NCBI GenBank assembly: GCA_045105515.1
Contig: JBGCDR010000060.1
Coordinates: forward strand, 46,346-110,345
Source of the DNA: Oligoflexales bacterium
GTDB lineage: Bacteria > Bdellovibrionota_B > Oligoflexia > Oligoflexales > Bog-1112
Direction: 5' to 3'
DNA length: 64,000 nt
In this document: in pieces, positions 40,498-49,991 of the stretch
Layout of the letters: each line of letters opens with the position of its first letter
Position numbering within the stretch: the first letter of the stretch is position 1
The notes under the pieces: generated by a model
Told to the model about the DNA's origin: nothing
Seen by the model: the letters and a program-made list of their open reading frames with translations, nothing else
The model's database searches: none
Made by a program: the position numbers and the translations under genes

Positions 40498-41745
40498 CTA
40501 GAATACGGTTCCGTCACTATCAATTCTGATAGGTGGTTCACCACCTGGTCTTAGGTTCTTGGCAATGCGTCTTCCAGCACTCCAAGTTCCTCCTTGTAGA
40601 ACCTTAGCTAAGGGTAACTCGCTTTGGGTTTTTCCCATGAATTCTCGGACCCCATCTGCTATCAAATCTAAGATAGCAACCGTCAAAGCTCTCCACTCCA
40701 CAATAAATTCGCTTTGGGGCTTATGGGGCTTTTGCAAAACACTTGGATCTTTGATCTTCAACAAACCTAGATCTATCAAAAGCCCACCATTGCGGTACTC
40801 AGGTAAGCCCGTTAATTGCTCTACCTCAATGATTTTAAGACCCGCAATCTCGAATGCTTCAGCTAAAGAATAGCTAAGCCATTGTGAAAGTTTGTGAAAC
40901 GGAACAAATGTATCACTTCCATTAGGCCCTTTTACCAGAGGATGAATACCAACATCCCCTAGGTTACAGCCATGCTGACTAAGGCCTCCTGGCCAAATAT
41001 CGCCAAAATGTCTTAGTACAGACTCAAAAATGGCAACGCAACTTAGTGTTCCAGCCTCGTCCCGTATGGCAGTTTTATAAAGATGTTCATAAACGTCACC
41101 AAGCCTCACTGTCGGGCCCAATCCATGCGGATGATTTGCGAGTGTAGATCCTAAACCATGGAGAAGGGCAAGCCTTCCTGTTAAACCTACCAAAGGGTTA
41201 TCATCTCTAACCTGAAAGCCCATGTTTAAATCAACAAGCTTGACTTTACTGAGACCTTTATGATCCACACGATACGGATCCTGTGGATCAGAGCTAAAAT
41301 AGCCTTGTCTAAACATTTGCAGGCTGGCTAGTGCAAGGCCCTCCGACCTACTGAAAACTTCATTATACGGTTCTTCAATAAAGTGATAAGACCACTGTCC
41401 ACCCGCCCCTGCATCCAAAAGTACAGAGATAAATATCATTTCAAATAGGGCTTTACCCCACTCATATTTATCTCCCTGCGAAAAATTTTTTTGCAGTAAA
41501 CTAAGCCTATTATATCCCCCCATTTCTAGATGCCTAAAGCGGCTGTGATAGGGAATATTGCCCTCTGGATAATTTCGCTTAATTTCATTAAGAACATAAG
41601 ACACAGCTTTTTCCAGCTTCTCAGCATGAAAATCAAAGTAAAGGGTATCTCCATTTTTTGCCAAGTCCAAAACGAAATTGCTGTGACTTCGAATCGTCTT
41701 GGGGGACTTTAGATATTTTAAAAGCTGGGGGTTGATCTGAGACAT
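40498..41745 (-). CDS. URC4/Urg3 family protein (DUF1688)
   Basis: [60 protein letters not shown]. Confidence 0.92.
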   Translation of the reverse strand: MSQINPQLLKYLKSPKTIRSHSNFVLDLAKNGDTLYFDFHAEKLEKAVSYVLNEIKRNYPEGNIPYHSRFRHLEMGGYNRLSLLQKNFSQGDKYEWGKALFEMIFISVLLDAGAGGQWSYHFIEEPYNEVFSRSEGLALASLQMFRQGYFSSDPQDPYRVDHKGLSKVKLVDLNMGFQVRDDNPLVGLTGRLALLHGLGSTLANHPHGLGPTVRLGDVYEHLYKTAIRDEAGTLSCVAIFESVLRHFGDIWPGGLSQHGCNLGDVGIHPLVKGPNGSDTFVPFHKLSQWLSYSLAEAFEIAGLKIIEVEQLTGLPEYRNGGLLIDLGLLKIKDPSVLQKPHKPQSEFIVEWRALTVAILDLIADGVREFMGKTQSELPLAKVLQGGTWSAGRRIAKNLRPGGEPPIRIDSDGTVF

Positions 41746-41754
41746 AAGCTCACC

Positions 41755-43017
41755 TTATTCATCCAAATTTCTACCTTTGGTATCCTTTAGAGAATCAGCG
41801 CCTGGAACCTCTGATTCGGTAAAATATCCTGCGGCTTTTTTCGCTTCAATTTCTACCTGAGCATCGCTAGGAATTAATTCACTTGGTATAGAAACCCTTT
41901 CGATAATTTCTATCCCCGATTTAACCATTGCCTCATATTTCATATTGCTCATAGAGGCCATGCGATGAATTTTCGTAATCCCTAGCCAATGAAGGACATC
42001 AGGCATAAGCTCCTGAAAACGCATATCTTGCACTCCCGCAACACATTCTGTACGTTCAAAGTACTTATCTGCACTATCTCCTCCTTCTTGGCGTTTTCGT
42101 GCATTATAGACCAGAAATTTAGTAACCTCTCCTAATGCTCTTCCTTCTTTACGGTTGTATACCACAACCCCTGCACCACCCTTCTGAGCAGAGTCTATAC
42201 AAAGTTCGATGCCATGAGCAAGGTAAGGCCTGCAAGTACAAATATCTGAACCAAACACATCTGATCCATTACATTCGTCGTGCACCCTTACGTTAAGAGG
42301 CTTACTAGGATCGGGAATCGATTTGATATCTCCAAAAATATAAACTGTCATTCCTCCGATAGGAGGAAGAAAAACTTGTAGATCCGGCCTAGTTATTAGC
42401 TCGGGAAACATCCCTGCAGTCTGCTCAAATAGTACTCGACGCAGCTCACTTTCTTCGATTCCAAAACGACCTGCAAGTCCAGGAAGGTACCATACAGGCT
42501 CTATCGCTGCTTTAGTAACCTGGGCGTCACCCTTACCTTTCAAAACCCTACCATCTGTGTTGAGCCGTCCAGTCTCAACAGCAAACTCTATTTCTGGAAT
42601 TTTAATGTGAGCTTTGGTAACTGCAATCGTGGGCCTTATATCCATTCCTTTAGTAAAATAATCTGCGAACGAAGATGGAACTAAATGTCCATAAGGATCG
42701 AGTGAAACAATTTTCTGTGGATCGAACCATGCTGCGAATGGTCCTATTGTTTCAGCTGGAGCTGTGTTAGTCAGGTCTGCTTTATGTTCAGGACTTAGGC
42801 TACCAGCAGCAATAGCTAATGCGCGGTAAACTGAATATGCCCCCGAATGAGTTCCAATCGCATTACGGTGAGCAGTATTCGTGGTTGTAGCAATAATGGG
42901 ACCCCGCTTCTCTACATCACTCTCACCCCAAATAATAGGCGTTGGCTTGGGGCCGTACTTGTCTGGATGGGAGGTCAATTTAATATGCTGTGCTGGCTTT
43001 TTATCTTCCTCACTCAT
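41755..43017 (-). CDS. URC1-type GTP cyclohydrolase II-like protein with N-terminal extension
   Basis: RNAIGTHSGAYSVYRALA, VRVHDECNGSDVFGSDICTCRPYL, KEGRALGEVTK, DMRFQELMPD. Confidence 0.93.
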   Translation of the reverse strand: MSEEDKKPAQHIKLTSHPDKYGPKPTPIIWGESDVEKRGPIIATTTNTAHRNAIGTHSGAYSVYRALAIAAGSLSPEHKADLTNTAPAETIGPFAAWFDPQKIVSLDPYGHLVPSSFADYFTKGMDIRPTIAVTKAHIKIPEIEFAVETGRLNTDGRVLKGKGDAQVTKAAIEPVWYLPGLAGRFGIEESELRRVLFEQTAGMFPELITRPDLQVFLPPIGGMTVYIFGDIKSIPDPSKPLNVRVHDECNGSDVFGSDICTCRPYLAHGIELCIDSAQKGGAGVVVYNRKEGRALGEVTKFLVYNARKRQEGGDSADKYFERTECVAGVQDMRFQELMPDVLHWLGITKIHRMASMSNMKYEAMVKSGIEIIERVSIPSELIPSDAQVEIEAKKAAGYFTESEVPGADSLKDTKGRNLDE

Positions 43018-43269
43018 AACAACGACTACCTTATGTAAAGCAATGTAGATTTAACTTCCTACCAAAAATTGAACCTTTAAAAGCAGAGAACTAGTATATT
43101 TTTTCTGAGCAAACAACTATCAGAAAAGACAGTATTGTTGTAATTACTTGCGAGGCAAGCAAGAAAAAAGTTGCTCTTATTGAAAAATTGCACCACGGTT
43201 TCCATCGTATAAACTAGAAAAGTATCGCTTAAATGAAGAAATCAATGTTTTAATTGGAGCCCAAGACCT

Positions 43270-43911
43270 ATGGTAAAAAAACCTTTCTTGATCGGTATTG
43301 GCGGTGGAACAGGCTCTGGAAAATCCACCCTCGTGGATGCGCTTCTCAGCTATTTCGGCGCAGATAAAATTATGGTTATTTCTCAAGATCATTACTATAA
43401 GGACCTTTCACACCTACCAGAGGAAGAACGTCAGCAAAACAATTTTGACCATCCTAATGCTCTTGATACCCACCTCTTATTTGAACACATTCGAAATCTA
43501 AGTGCAGGTAGAATAGTGGAGCGCCCAACATATGATTTTAGCAGTCATACACGCACCTCTGACACAGTCTCACTTAAACCTATGGAAATCATTCTGTTTG
43601 ATGGAATATTTAGCCTATATTACAAAGATATTTTGAATCTTCTACATTTCAAGATTTATGTCTCCGTAGATGATGATATCCGTTTTATTCGTCGTTTACA
43701 AAGGGATCAAGAGTTAAGGGGTAGAGAAGTAGATAGCATCATCAGTCAATACCTAGAAAGTGTCAGACCAATGCATTACAAATACGTAAAACCTTCTAAA
43801 CACAACGCTGATATTATCATCCCTTTCAGTCAAAAAGATCCCGGAGGCATCGATGCAATTAAGTCTCTAATTAAGGAAAAGCTAGAAAAAGCTGGAATTT
43901 TTTGCAAATAA
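43270..43911 (+). CDS. udk: Uridine kinase
   Basis: GIGGGTGSGKST, QDHYYKD, NFDHPNA, PTYDF, RFIRRLQRD, VRPMH. Confidence 0.95.
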   Translation: MVKKPFLIGIGGGTGSGKSTLVDALLSYFGADKIMVISQDHYYKDLSHLPEEERQQNNFDHPNALDTHLLFEHIRNLSAGRIVERPTYDFSSHTRTSDTVSLKPMEIILFDGIFSLYYKDILNLLHFKIYVSVDDDIRFIRRLQRDQELRGREVDSIISQYLESVRPMHYKYVKPSKHNADIIIPFSQKDPGGIDAIKSLIKEKLEKAGIFCK

Positions 43912-43946
43912 TTCTAAACACTTACAACATCCAGTAATCCAATTGA

Positions 43947-43974
43947 TCAAGGCTTAAGATATTGTGAACGATAT
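43947..43974 (+). promoter_or_regulatory. Possible sigma28-like promoter upstream of the membrane histidine kinase
   Basis: TCAAG-N15-AACGATAT, 36 nt before ATG 44011. Confidence 0.35.
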
Positions 43975-44010
43975 CATTTGAGTAGCCGTACACCAACTAA
44001 AGAATGGACC

Positions 44011-45501
44011 ATGGGTTCTGATCAGACAATTTTGCTGATATATCAATTTATTACTTTGAATGCCGCGAGCATCCTTATATATCATGGCTTTCTAAGTATC
44101 TTTCAATACTTAAAAACTAAGGCAAAGCTACCTCTTCACCTGGCTTTACTATGCATCACTAGTTCTACCAATTGCTTTATTGCCATAGCGGCCCTTTACA
44201 ATAAAGATGGTTTCACAGAGGTTCTACTTGGGAACGGTCTAGCGTTAGGAAGTACAATGGCATGCATTCTGTATTTTAAGCTTATGTCAAATTTTTTGGG
44301 ATTCAGACCAAAAACACTCAAATATATCGAATACTATATCATCTTAGGCATCACATTAATAACTGCATCCATCATCATCTACTTAAGCACTGGAAGAGCT
44401 TTTCTTTTTGAACTAAAACCTTTTTTATCAAAGAGTATATATATACAAGGCACTGGTGAGCAAGTTTCCATCACTGCTTATGGACTCTTCATAATTTGCA
44501 GCAATGTACTGTTACTAAGTATTGTTTCCTTTCTCTTTCTGAGAAAGATTCTTACCTTTAAAAATCCAGATAAAATGTTGGTGGTAGGTATTGTTAGCAA
44601 CATCTTATTTATGATCAATGATGTATTATTAGCATTTCCAATCATCAGATACGCTTTCCCTTTACTATTCTGCTCCTATTTTGTAGAAATCCTTCGCTTA
44701 TCCTACCTATCTCAAAAAGAAAGTTTCCTAAAAATAGAAGCTCTAGAAGGTGAAGTTATTCAGATTGGAAAAGTTGCCGAGCTAGGATATGTTGCAGGCA
44801 ATATCGCCCACGACCTGCGCAATCCAATCGCTCTTATTAAAGGCAGTACCCATCTACTTCAGAAAACCTTAACTAAAGGTCAAGATCTCAACAATATAAC
44901 AAGCCAAAAAACCCAAGAACAAATTGCAAGCCAAAAATATATCCACAAAATTCTAAATGGCTGTGAGCGGATAGAGGCCATCATCCAAACTTACCTAAAA
45001 ATGATGTATCACGAAAATGGGGAAACAGAAGAGTTAAACTTTTCCTATTTGCTAGAACAAGCAGTCAACTTATGTTCAACTAGACTTAGTAAACTTGGAG
45101 ACGAAGTATTAAAAATCCATTTAAAAGATTTTAAAATAAATGGGTATGAAAACCAACTAGTCATGTCTTTTGTAAACCTAATCAGTAATGCTTGTGAAGC
45201 AATCGAACATAGTCATAATAGATGGATCGAAATATCCACTATTACTCAAGGTAATATCGCTTTTATTATCATCAAAGATAGCGGAAAAAAAATTCCAGAG
45301 GAGGTAGCTAAAAATTTATTTAAGAAGGGATTTACCACTAAAGGTAAAGGTAATGGAACAGGATTAGGACTTGATTTCGTTAAAAAAGTACTTATAAATC
45401 ACCATGGAAATATACACCTTGATTTAAAAAATCAAAATACTTGTTTTATCATCAAGCTGACTAAAGTGATACCCATTAGCTCTGAAAAAGCTGTTTCATA
45501 G
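44011..45501 (+). CDS. Multi-pass membrane sensor histidine kinase
   Basis: About 7 hydrophobic helices, AHDLRNP, NLISNACEA, FTTKGKGNGTGLGL. Confidence 0.92.
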   Translation: MGSDQTILLIYQFITLNAASILIYHGFLSIFQYLKTKAKLPLHLALLCITSSTNCFIAIAALYNKDGFTEVLLGNGLALGSTMACILYFKLMSNFLGFRPKTLKYIEYYIILGITLITASIIIYLSTGRAFLFELKPFLSKSIYIQGTGEQVSITAYGLFIICSNVLLLSIVSFLFLRKILTFKNPDKMLVVGIVSNILFMINDVLLAFPIIRYAFPLLFCSYFVEILRLSYLSQKESFLKIEALEGEVIQIGKVAELGYVAGNIAHDLRNPIALIKGSTHLLQKTLTKGQDLNNITSQKTQEQIASQKYIHKILNGCERIEAIIQTYLKMMYHENGETEELNFSYLLEQAVNLCSTRLSKLGDEVLKIHLKDFKINGYENQLVMSFVNLISNACEAIEHSHNRWIEISTITQGNIAFIIIKDSGKKIPEEVAKNLFKKGFTTKGKGNGTGLGLDFVKKVLINHHGNIHLDLKNQNTCFIIKLTKVIPISSEKAVS

Positions 45502-46653
45502 AACGGCAAAAGCTTGCTTGAGATCTGCAATTAAATCGTCACTAGACTCAATCCCAACAGATAATCTCAACAAGCTGTGACCAATACCAAGCTTTTTCCT
45601 TAAAGCTTCTGGTACCGAAGCATGGGTCATCCGTTCTGGATGGTTAATAAGAGACTCTACCCCTCCCAAGCTCTCAGCAAGAGAGAAAACCTTAAGTCCC
45701 TGTGTGAAAGTCACCACTTGTTCATAGGAGCCTTTTAAGTCAAAGCTCACCATTCCGGAAAACCCCTTCATTTGCCTCCTAGCAATTTCATGGTCAGGGT
45801 GGCTTTCCAAACCTGGGTAAAAAACTCGGTCAACGAGTGGATGAGAACTTAAAAATTCTGCAACTGCAAAAGCATTGCGTTCATGCTGCTGCATCCTCAC
45901 AGCTAAGGTTTTAATGCTCCTATGTAAAAGGAAGCTTTCAAAAGGGCCGGGTACCGCACCAGCAGCGAACTGTATAAACTTTAGTTGTTCAAATAACTCT
46001 TTAGATCTTGACATAACGGCCCCTCCAATCAAATCAGAGTGACCACCTATATACTTTGTCGTGCTATGTACAACGAGATCTGCACCTAGATCCAAAGGGC
46101 TCTGAAATGCTGGAGAAGGAAAAGTATTATCTACCACAAGCAATGCACCAACGGACTGCGCCATTTCTGCCATTTTTTCTATATCAATAATTTTAAGCGT
46201 CGGATTAGTCGGGGTCTCCACCCACAACATCCGAGTGCTTGGAGTCAATTGATTTTTAATTTCTTCAGGGCTAGCCATATCAATAAATTGAAATTCTATT
46301 CCATATTTTGCAAAAAGCTTACGAAATAACCTCCCGGTGCCGCCATACACATCGTCGCAGACCAAAACCCTGCTACCAGGCTCAAGAGTCTGAATGATTG
46401 CTTGTTCTGCGGCGAGACCAGAGGAAAAAGCTAAGCCAAACTGAGCTCCTTCAATCTTGGCCAGTGCTGTTTCTAAGGCTGCTCGGGTGGGATTGTCTGC
46501 TCGTGAATAATCGAAACCTTTATGCTCTCCAGGTGCTGATTGCACAAAAGTTGAGGTCTGGAAAATGGGAGTCATAATGGCACCTGTAATTGGCTCAGGC
46601 TCGGCGCCTCCATGGACTGCTGTTGTGTAGAACTTTGTGTCGATGCTCATCAT
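45496..46653 (-). CDS. Cystathionine gamma-lyase/synthase family PLP enzyme
   Basis: PIFQTST, YSRADNPT, DDVYGGT, ETPTNP, VDNTF, HSTTKYIGGHSD, LAESLGGVESL. Confidence 0.95.
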   Translation of the reverse strand: MMSIDTKFYTTAVHGGAEPEPITGAIMTPIFQTSTFVQSAPGEHKGFDYSRADNPTRAALETALAKIEGAQFGLAFSSGLAAEQAIIQTLEPGSRVLVCDDVYGGTGRLFRKLFAKYGIEFQFIDMASPEEIKNQLTPSTRMLWVETPTNPTLKIIDIEKMAEMAQSVGALLVVDNTFPSPAFQSPLDLGADLVVHSTTKYIGGHSDLIGGAVMSRSKELFEQLKFIQFAAGAVPGPFESFLLHRSIKTLAVRMQQHERNAFAVAEFLSSHPLVDRVFYPGLESHPDHEIARRQMKGFSGMVSFDLKGSYEQVVTFTQGLKVFSLAESLGGVESLINHPERMTHASVPEALRKKLGIGHSLLRLSVGIESSDDLIADLKQAFAVL

Positions 46654-46712
46654 ACCTTCCTATTCATTGAGCCATTGGCTCCCGGTCAATCACCACGAAT
46701 AGGAGGAGCCAA

Positions 46713-47027
46713 TCACGCTTTTAGAATAGGTTCTAACTCACCTTTGCGGTGAAGTTCCATGACTATATCACAACCACCGATAAATTTACCGTCTACATAG
46801 AGCTGAGGAATAGTCGGCCAACTTGAGTACTCCTTCACACCTTCTCTCAGATCCCAGTCAGCTAGGACATTTTCACTTTTAAATTCAACACCATAACTAT
46901 TTAGGATATGGATCACCTGGGCTGAAAATCCACACATTGGCTCAGATTTTTCGCCTTTCATGTAGAGCATGACCTTACTGCCATTAATAGAAGATTCGAT
47001 TTTGTTTTTTACATTTTGATCTAACAT
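46713..47027 (-). CDS. grxD: Monothiol glutaredoxin Grx4
   Basis: PMCGFS, WPTIPQLY, GGCDI. Confidence 0.96.
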   Translation of the reverse strand: MLDQNVKNKIESSINGSKVMLYMKGEKSEPMCGFSAQVIHILNSYGVEFKSENVLADWDLREGVKEYSSWPTIPQLYVDGKFIGGCDIVMELHRKGELEPILKA

Positions 47028-47227
47028 GCTATATTCCTTGTTTTATTTCGCTTTAGGCAGACAGTCATAAGTCTTTAGACCCAGATAAGCTTTTGGGCAA
47101 AAACTATTCGAAACTGAGTCTACTTGCAATGAAAAAAAGAGATCAATAGACCGAGCTCAGCTTAGCGCTCAATACTTAAAGAATCCTAGGTAAGTAAATA
47201 AAAAAACAAAAAAATGTAGAGGGAAAC

Positions 47228-48226
47228 TTAAGTTCCTAACACTGATTTAACCAGTTCAGTAATTCCGTTAACGAAAAATTGAGCGTCGTTAATATTCTTC
47301 TTATGAACCTTAAAACCAGCTCCGTTCTCGACCTTAACCAAGCGCAACTCGTCGTCAAAAATCTGCAAGTAAGAAAAATATTTATCCCACTCAGCAACAT
47401 TTGGTCTAAGGTGTTTCGAGGCAGCTTCCTTCAAGGACTGGGTAGTGACTGAAAAGGGGTCATAGGCAACCTCATTGCTCAAGTGATGAATCTCCAATAA
47501 GATTGCCTTCACTTCAATAGGGATACTCGGATATTTTAACCTATCTAAATAACAACCTAGAAAAGTAGTGAACCTACCAACATTTGATTTGTGTTCAGCA
47601 CATAGCTTCGCTCCTTTTTCAAATGCTATTTTTGCCTTTTCCAAACCTCGCATTATTAGAGACAATTCTTTCGGATTAAACTGCATTTTTTGGCTGATAT
47701 GATTGGTAACAGCTGCCTTGTCAATGACAAAGTGCTGGTATCCTCTTGATGATTTTCCAACTTTTTCACCTTTTAACTGCCAGACTTCATTTGCAAGCTT
47801 TAAGATCACAAAAGATCGCTTTAAAGCTAAAATTTCTGGCGAATTTGATATTTGCAACTCTTCAATTTTTTCGGTTAATTCTTGAACCCGGTGGTTGGTT
47901 GTACGCAGACGGTTAGAAAGAGTTCCCATCAGAGAAGTAAACCACTTGGGAATTTGCTTCATCAACTTGTTAAAGTCAGCCTGAGTAATATGGGTAACAT
48001 CACTTCGTTGTGAAGCCTTGACCGATGCCGATCTAGGCTGACTATCAAACAAAGCCATTTCACCAATCATCCCACCAGGTGCTATTTTTGCTAGTTGAAT
48101 TTCTTCACCATCTTTTTCTAAAAAAACTAACAACTCGCCCGCACGGAGCAAAAACATTCCGTCTGACTTATCACCCTCTTTAAAAAGAAGCTGTCCTTTT
48201 TGAACTGCAAAGTTTTTACCGGGCAA
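47228..48226 (-). CDS. Cyclic nucleotide-binding domain protein with uncharacterised C-terminus
   Basis: LFKEGD, GEMALFDSQPRSAS, C-helix LSNRLR. Confidence 0.85.
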   Translation of the reverse strand: MPGKNFAVQKGQLLFKEGDKSDGMFLLRAGELLVFLEKDGEEIQLAKIAPGGMIGEMALFDSQPRSASVKASQRSDVTHITQADFNKLMKQIPKWFTSLMGTLSNRLRTTNHRVQELTEKIEELQISNSPEILALKRSFVILKLANEVWQLKGEKVGKSSRGYQHFVIDKAAVTNHISQKMQFNPKELSLIMRGLEKAKIAFEKGAKLCAEHKSNVGRFTTFLGCYLDRLKYPSIPIEVKAILLEIHHLSNEVAYDPFSVTTQSLKEAASKHLRPNVAEWDKYFSYLQIFDDELRLVKVENGAGFKVHKKNINDAQFFVNGITELVKSVLGT

Positions 48227-48520
48227 ATTCTACTCCAGTGTCAAGCTTTGACAAAACTACCAAAAAATGGCTTTAACGACTAAGGGTATTAAGAACCATT
48301 ACAAGTAGATTCTAGTGCATTTAAGTTAAGGTCCGTGAGAGTATTTTTTACCGACCTGTTTCTCACGAAGAACTCCAGACTCACACCTAATTAGTAAGCT
48401 AAGGTTTTTGAAGCTTTCTCACATAAATTTGCATAAAATTCGCAAATAGCATATAAATTTATCCCTCTTAACTTAGTTAAAAGAACCTTGAGTCATCTTT
48501 TCAATGATTTGGTATCGTCG

Positions 48521-49942
48521 ATGTTTAATAGAATTACCCTTGAATCAATCCAATCTCTTGTATGGTCTCCTCCACTTCTGCTGTTCTTGTGCCTGGTTTC
48601 TTTATACTTTACCTTTACTTTAAAGGGTTTGCAGCTACGTTACCTAGTATATTCATTGAAAACAGCTCTTAAACGCGATCAAGCTGATACCAGTACTGCA
48701 GGAGATATAACCAACTTTCAAGCACTTATGACCTCGCTTGCAGCAGCAATTGGAACTGGAAACATAGCCGGGGTTGCTACAGCTCTGGCAACGGGTGGAA
48801 TGGGTGCTTTATTTTGGATGTGGGTCATAGCCTTACTTGGCATGATCCTTAAATACTCTGAGGCTTTGCTAGCTGTAAAATTTCGTATTAAGAACTCTAA
48901 AGGGGAAATGAGTGGCGGCCCTATGTACTACATTTCTCGCGGATTAGGTTGGCACCGAATGGCCCTCAGCTTCGCAATATTTGGCGTTTTTGCCACGCTT
49001 GGTACGGGAAATATGGTCCAAGTCAATTCGGTTGCTGATGCTATGGGGTACCTATTTGACATCCCTCGCATCAACACGGGATTAGCCCTCGCATTGATAA
49101 CCAGTATCGTACTTTTAGGTGGAGTTAAATCAATAGGTAGGGTTGCTGAAATCTTTGTACCACTCATGGCAAGTCTTTACCTTGCTGGAGGCCTTATAAT
49201 TATCTTCATCAATCTTGAAGAAATACCGGGCACCTTGGCATATATTGTGAGTTGCGCCTTTTCCGGAGAGGCTGCTAGTGGAGGGTTTTTAGGAGCAGGA
49301 GTCAGCCTTACAATCCAAAGTGGCATAGCTCGTGGTATTTTTTCCAATGAAGCCGGTTTGGGCACTTCTTCAATCGCATCAGCTGCTGCTAAGACGAAAG
49401 AAGCTGGTACTCAAGGAATGATCTCTATGACGAGTGCATTCATTTCCACGATCATAGTATGCAGCGTCACTGGCCTCGTTATCGGTGTTACCGGAGTAAT
49501 GGGCAGCATTGACCCCATTACTGGTCAACAGCTTAACGGCGCACCCATGGCGATGAAGGCATTTGAAAGCCAGATTCCGGGAGGTGGTTTTGTAGTCTCT
49601 TTCGGTCTGATTTTCTTTGCTTATTCTACTATCCTTGGTTGGGCTTATTATGGGGAAAAATGCCTGGAATATATAGGCGGATCAAAGCTAATCCTGCCTT
49701 ATCGCTTTGTTTATGTACTCTGTATGGTTCCAGCTGCTACACTTGATTTAGAGTCAGTATGGACCATTGCTGATATAACCAATGGTCTTATGATGGTGCC
49801 CAATTTACTAGGACTCCTAGCCTTGAGAAAAGTAATAATCAAAGAGACTGCACTGTTCTGTAAAAAAATTGATGTTGAAGAACAAATGCGTCAAGACTCT
49901 TTATCTCATTACAATAATTCCAAGGTAGCATCTTCTTCCTGA
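48521..49942 (+). CDS. Alanine/glycine:cation symporter (AGCS family)
   Basis: IGTGNIAGVA, GALFWMW, GGPMYYI, RGIFSNEAGLG, FFAYSTILGWAYYGE. Confidence 0.95.
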   Translation: MFNRITLESIQSLVWSPPLLLFLCLVSLYFTFTLKGLQLRYLVYSLKTALKRDQADTSTAGDITNFQALMTSLAAAIGTGNIAGVATALATGGMGALFWMWVIALLGMILKYSEALLAVKFRIKNSKGEMSGGPMYYISRGLGWHRMALSFAIFGVFATLGTGNMVQVNSVADAMGYLFDIPRINTGLALALITSIVLLGGVKSIGRVAEIFVPLMASLYLAGGLIIIFINLEEIPGTLAYIVSCAFSGEAASGGFLGAGVSLTIQSGIARGIFSNEAGLGTSSIASAAAKTKEAGTQGMISMTSAFISTIIVCSVTGLVIGVTGVMGSIDPITGQQLNGAPMAMKAFESQIPGGGFVVSFGLIFFAYSTILGWAYYGEKCLEYIGGSKLILPYRFVYVLCMVPAATLDLESVWTIADITNGLMMVPNLLGLLALRKVIIKETALFCKKIDVEEQMRQDSLSHYNNSKVASSS

Positions 49943-49991
49943 ACTTGCTTTAACCCTGAAAAGGAGCTAATAGCTCTATCTGGTGTATTTC

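Noticed and set aside
41755..43017. Calling this gene ribA (riboflavin synthesis)
   Set aside because: The long N-terminal domain and the URC4-upp context fit the URC1 subfamily better.
43186..43206. GG-N10-GC sigma54-like site facing the URC operon (TGGAAACCGTGGTGCA, minus strand)
   Set aside because: Only the core dinucleotides match; too weak against TGGCAC-N5-TTGC.
48330..48420. Possible glycine riboswitch before the alanine/glycine symporter
   Set aside because: A 7-bp hairpin (cgtgaga/tctcacg) exists, but the CCGAAG and CTCTCAGG core elements are absent.
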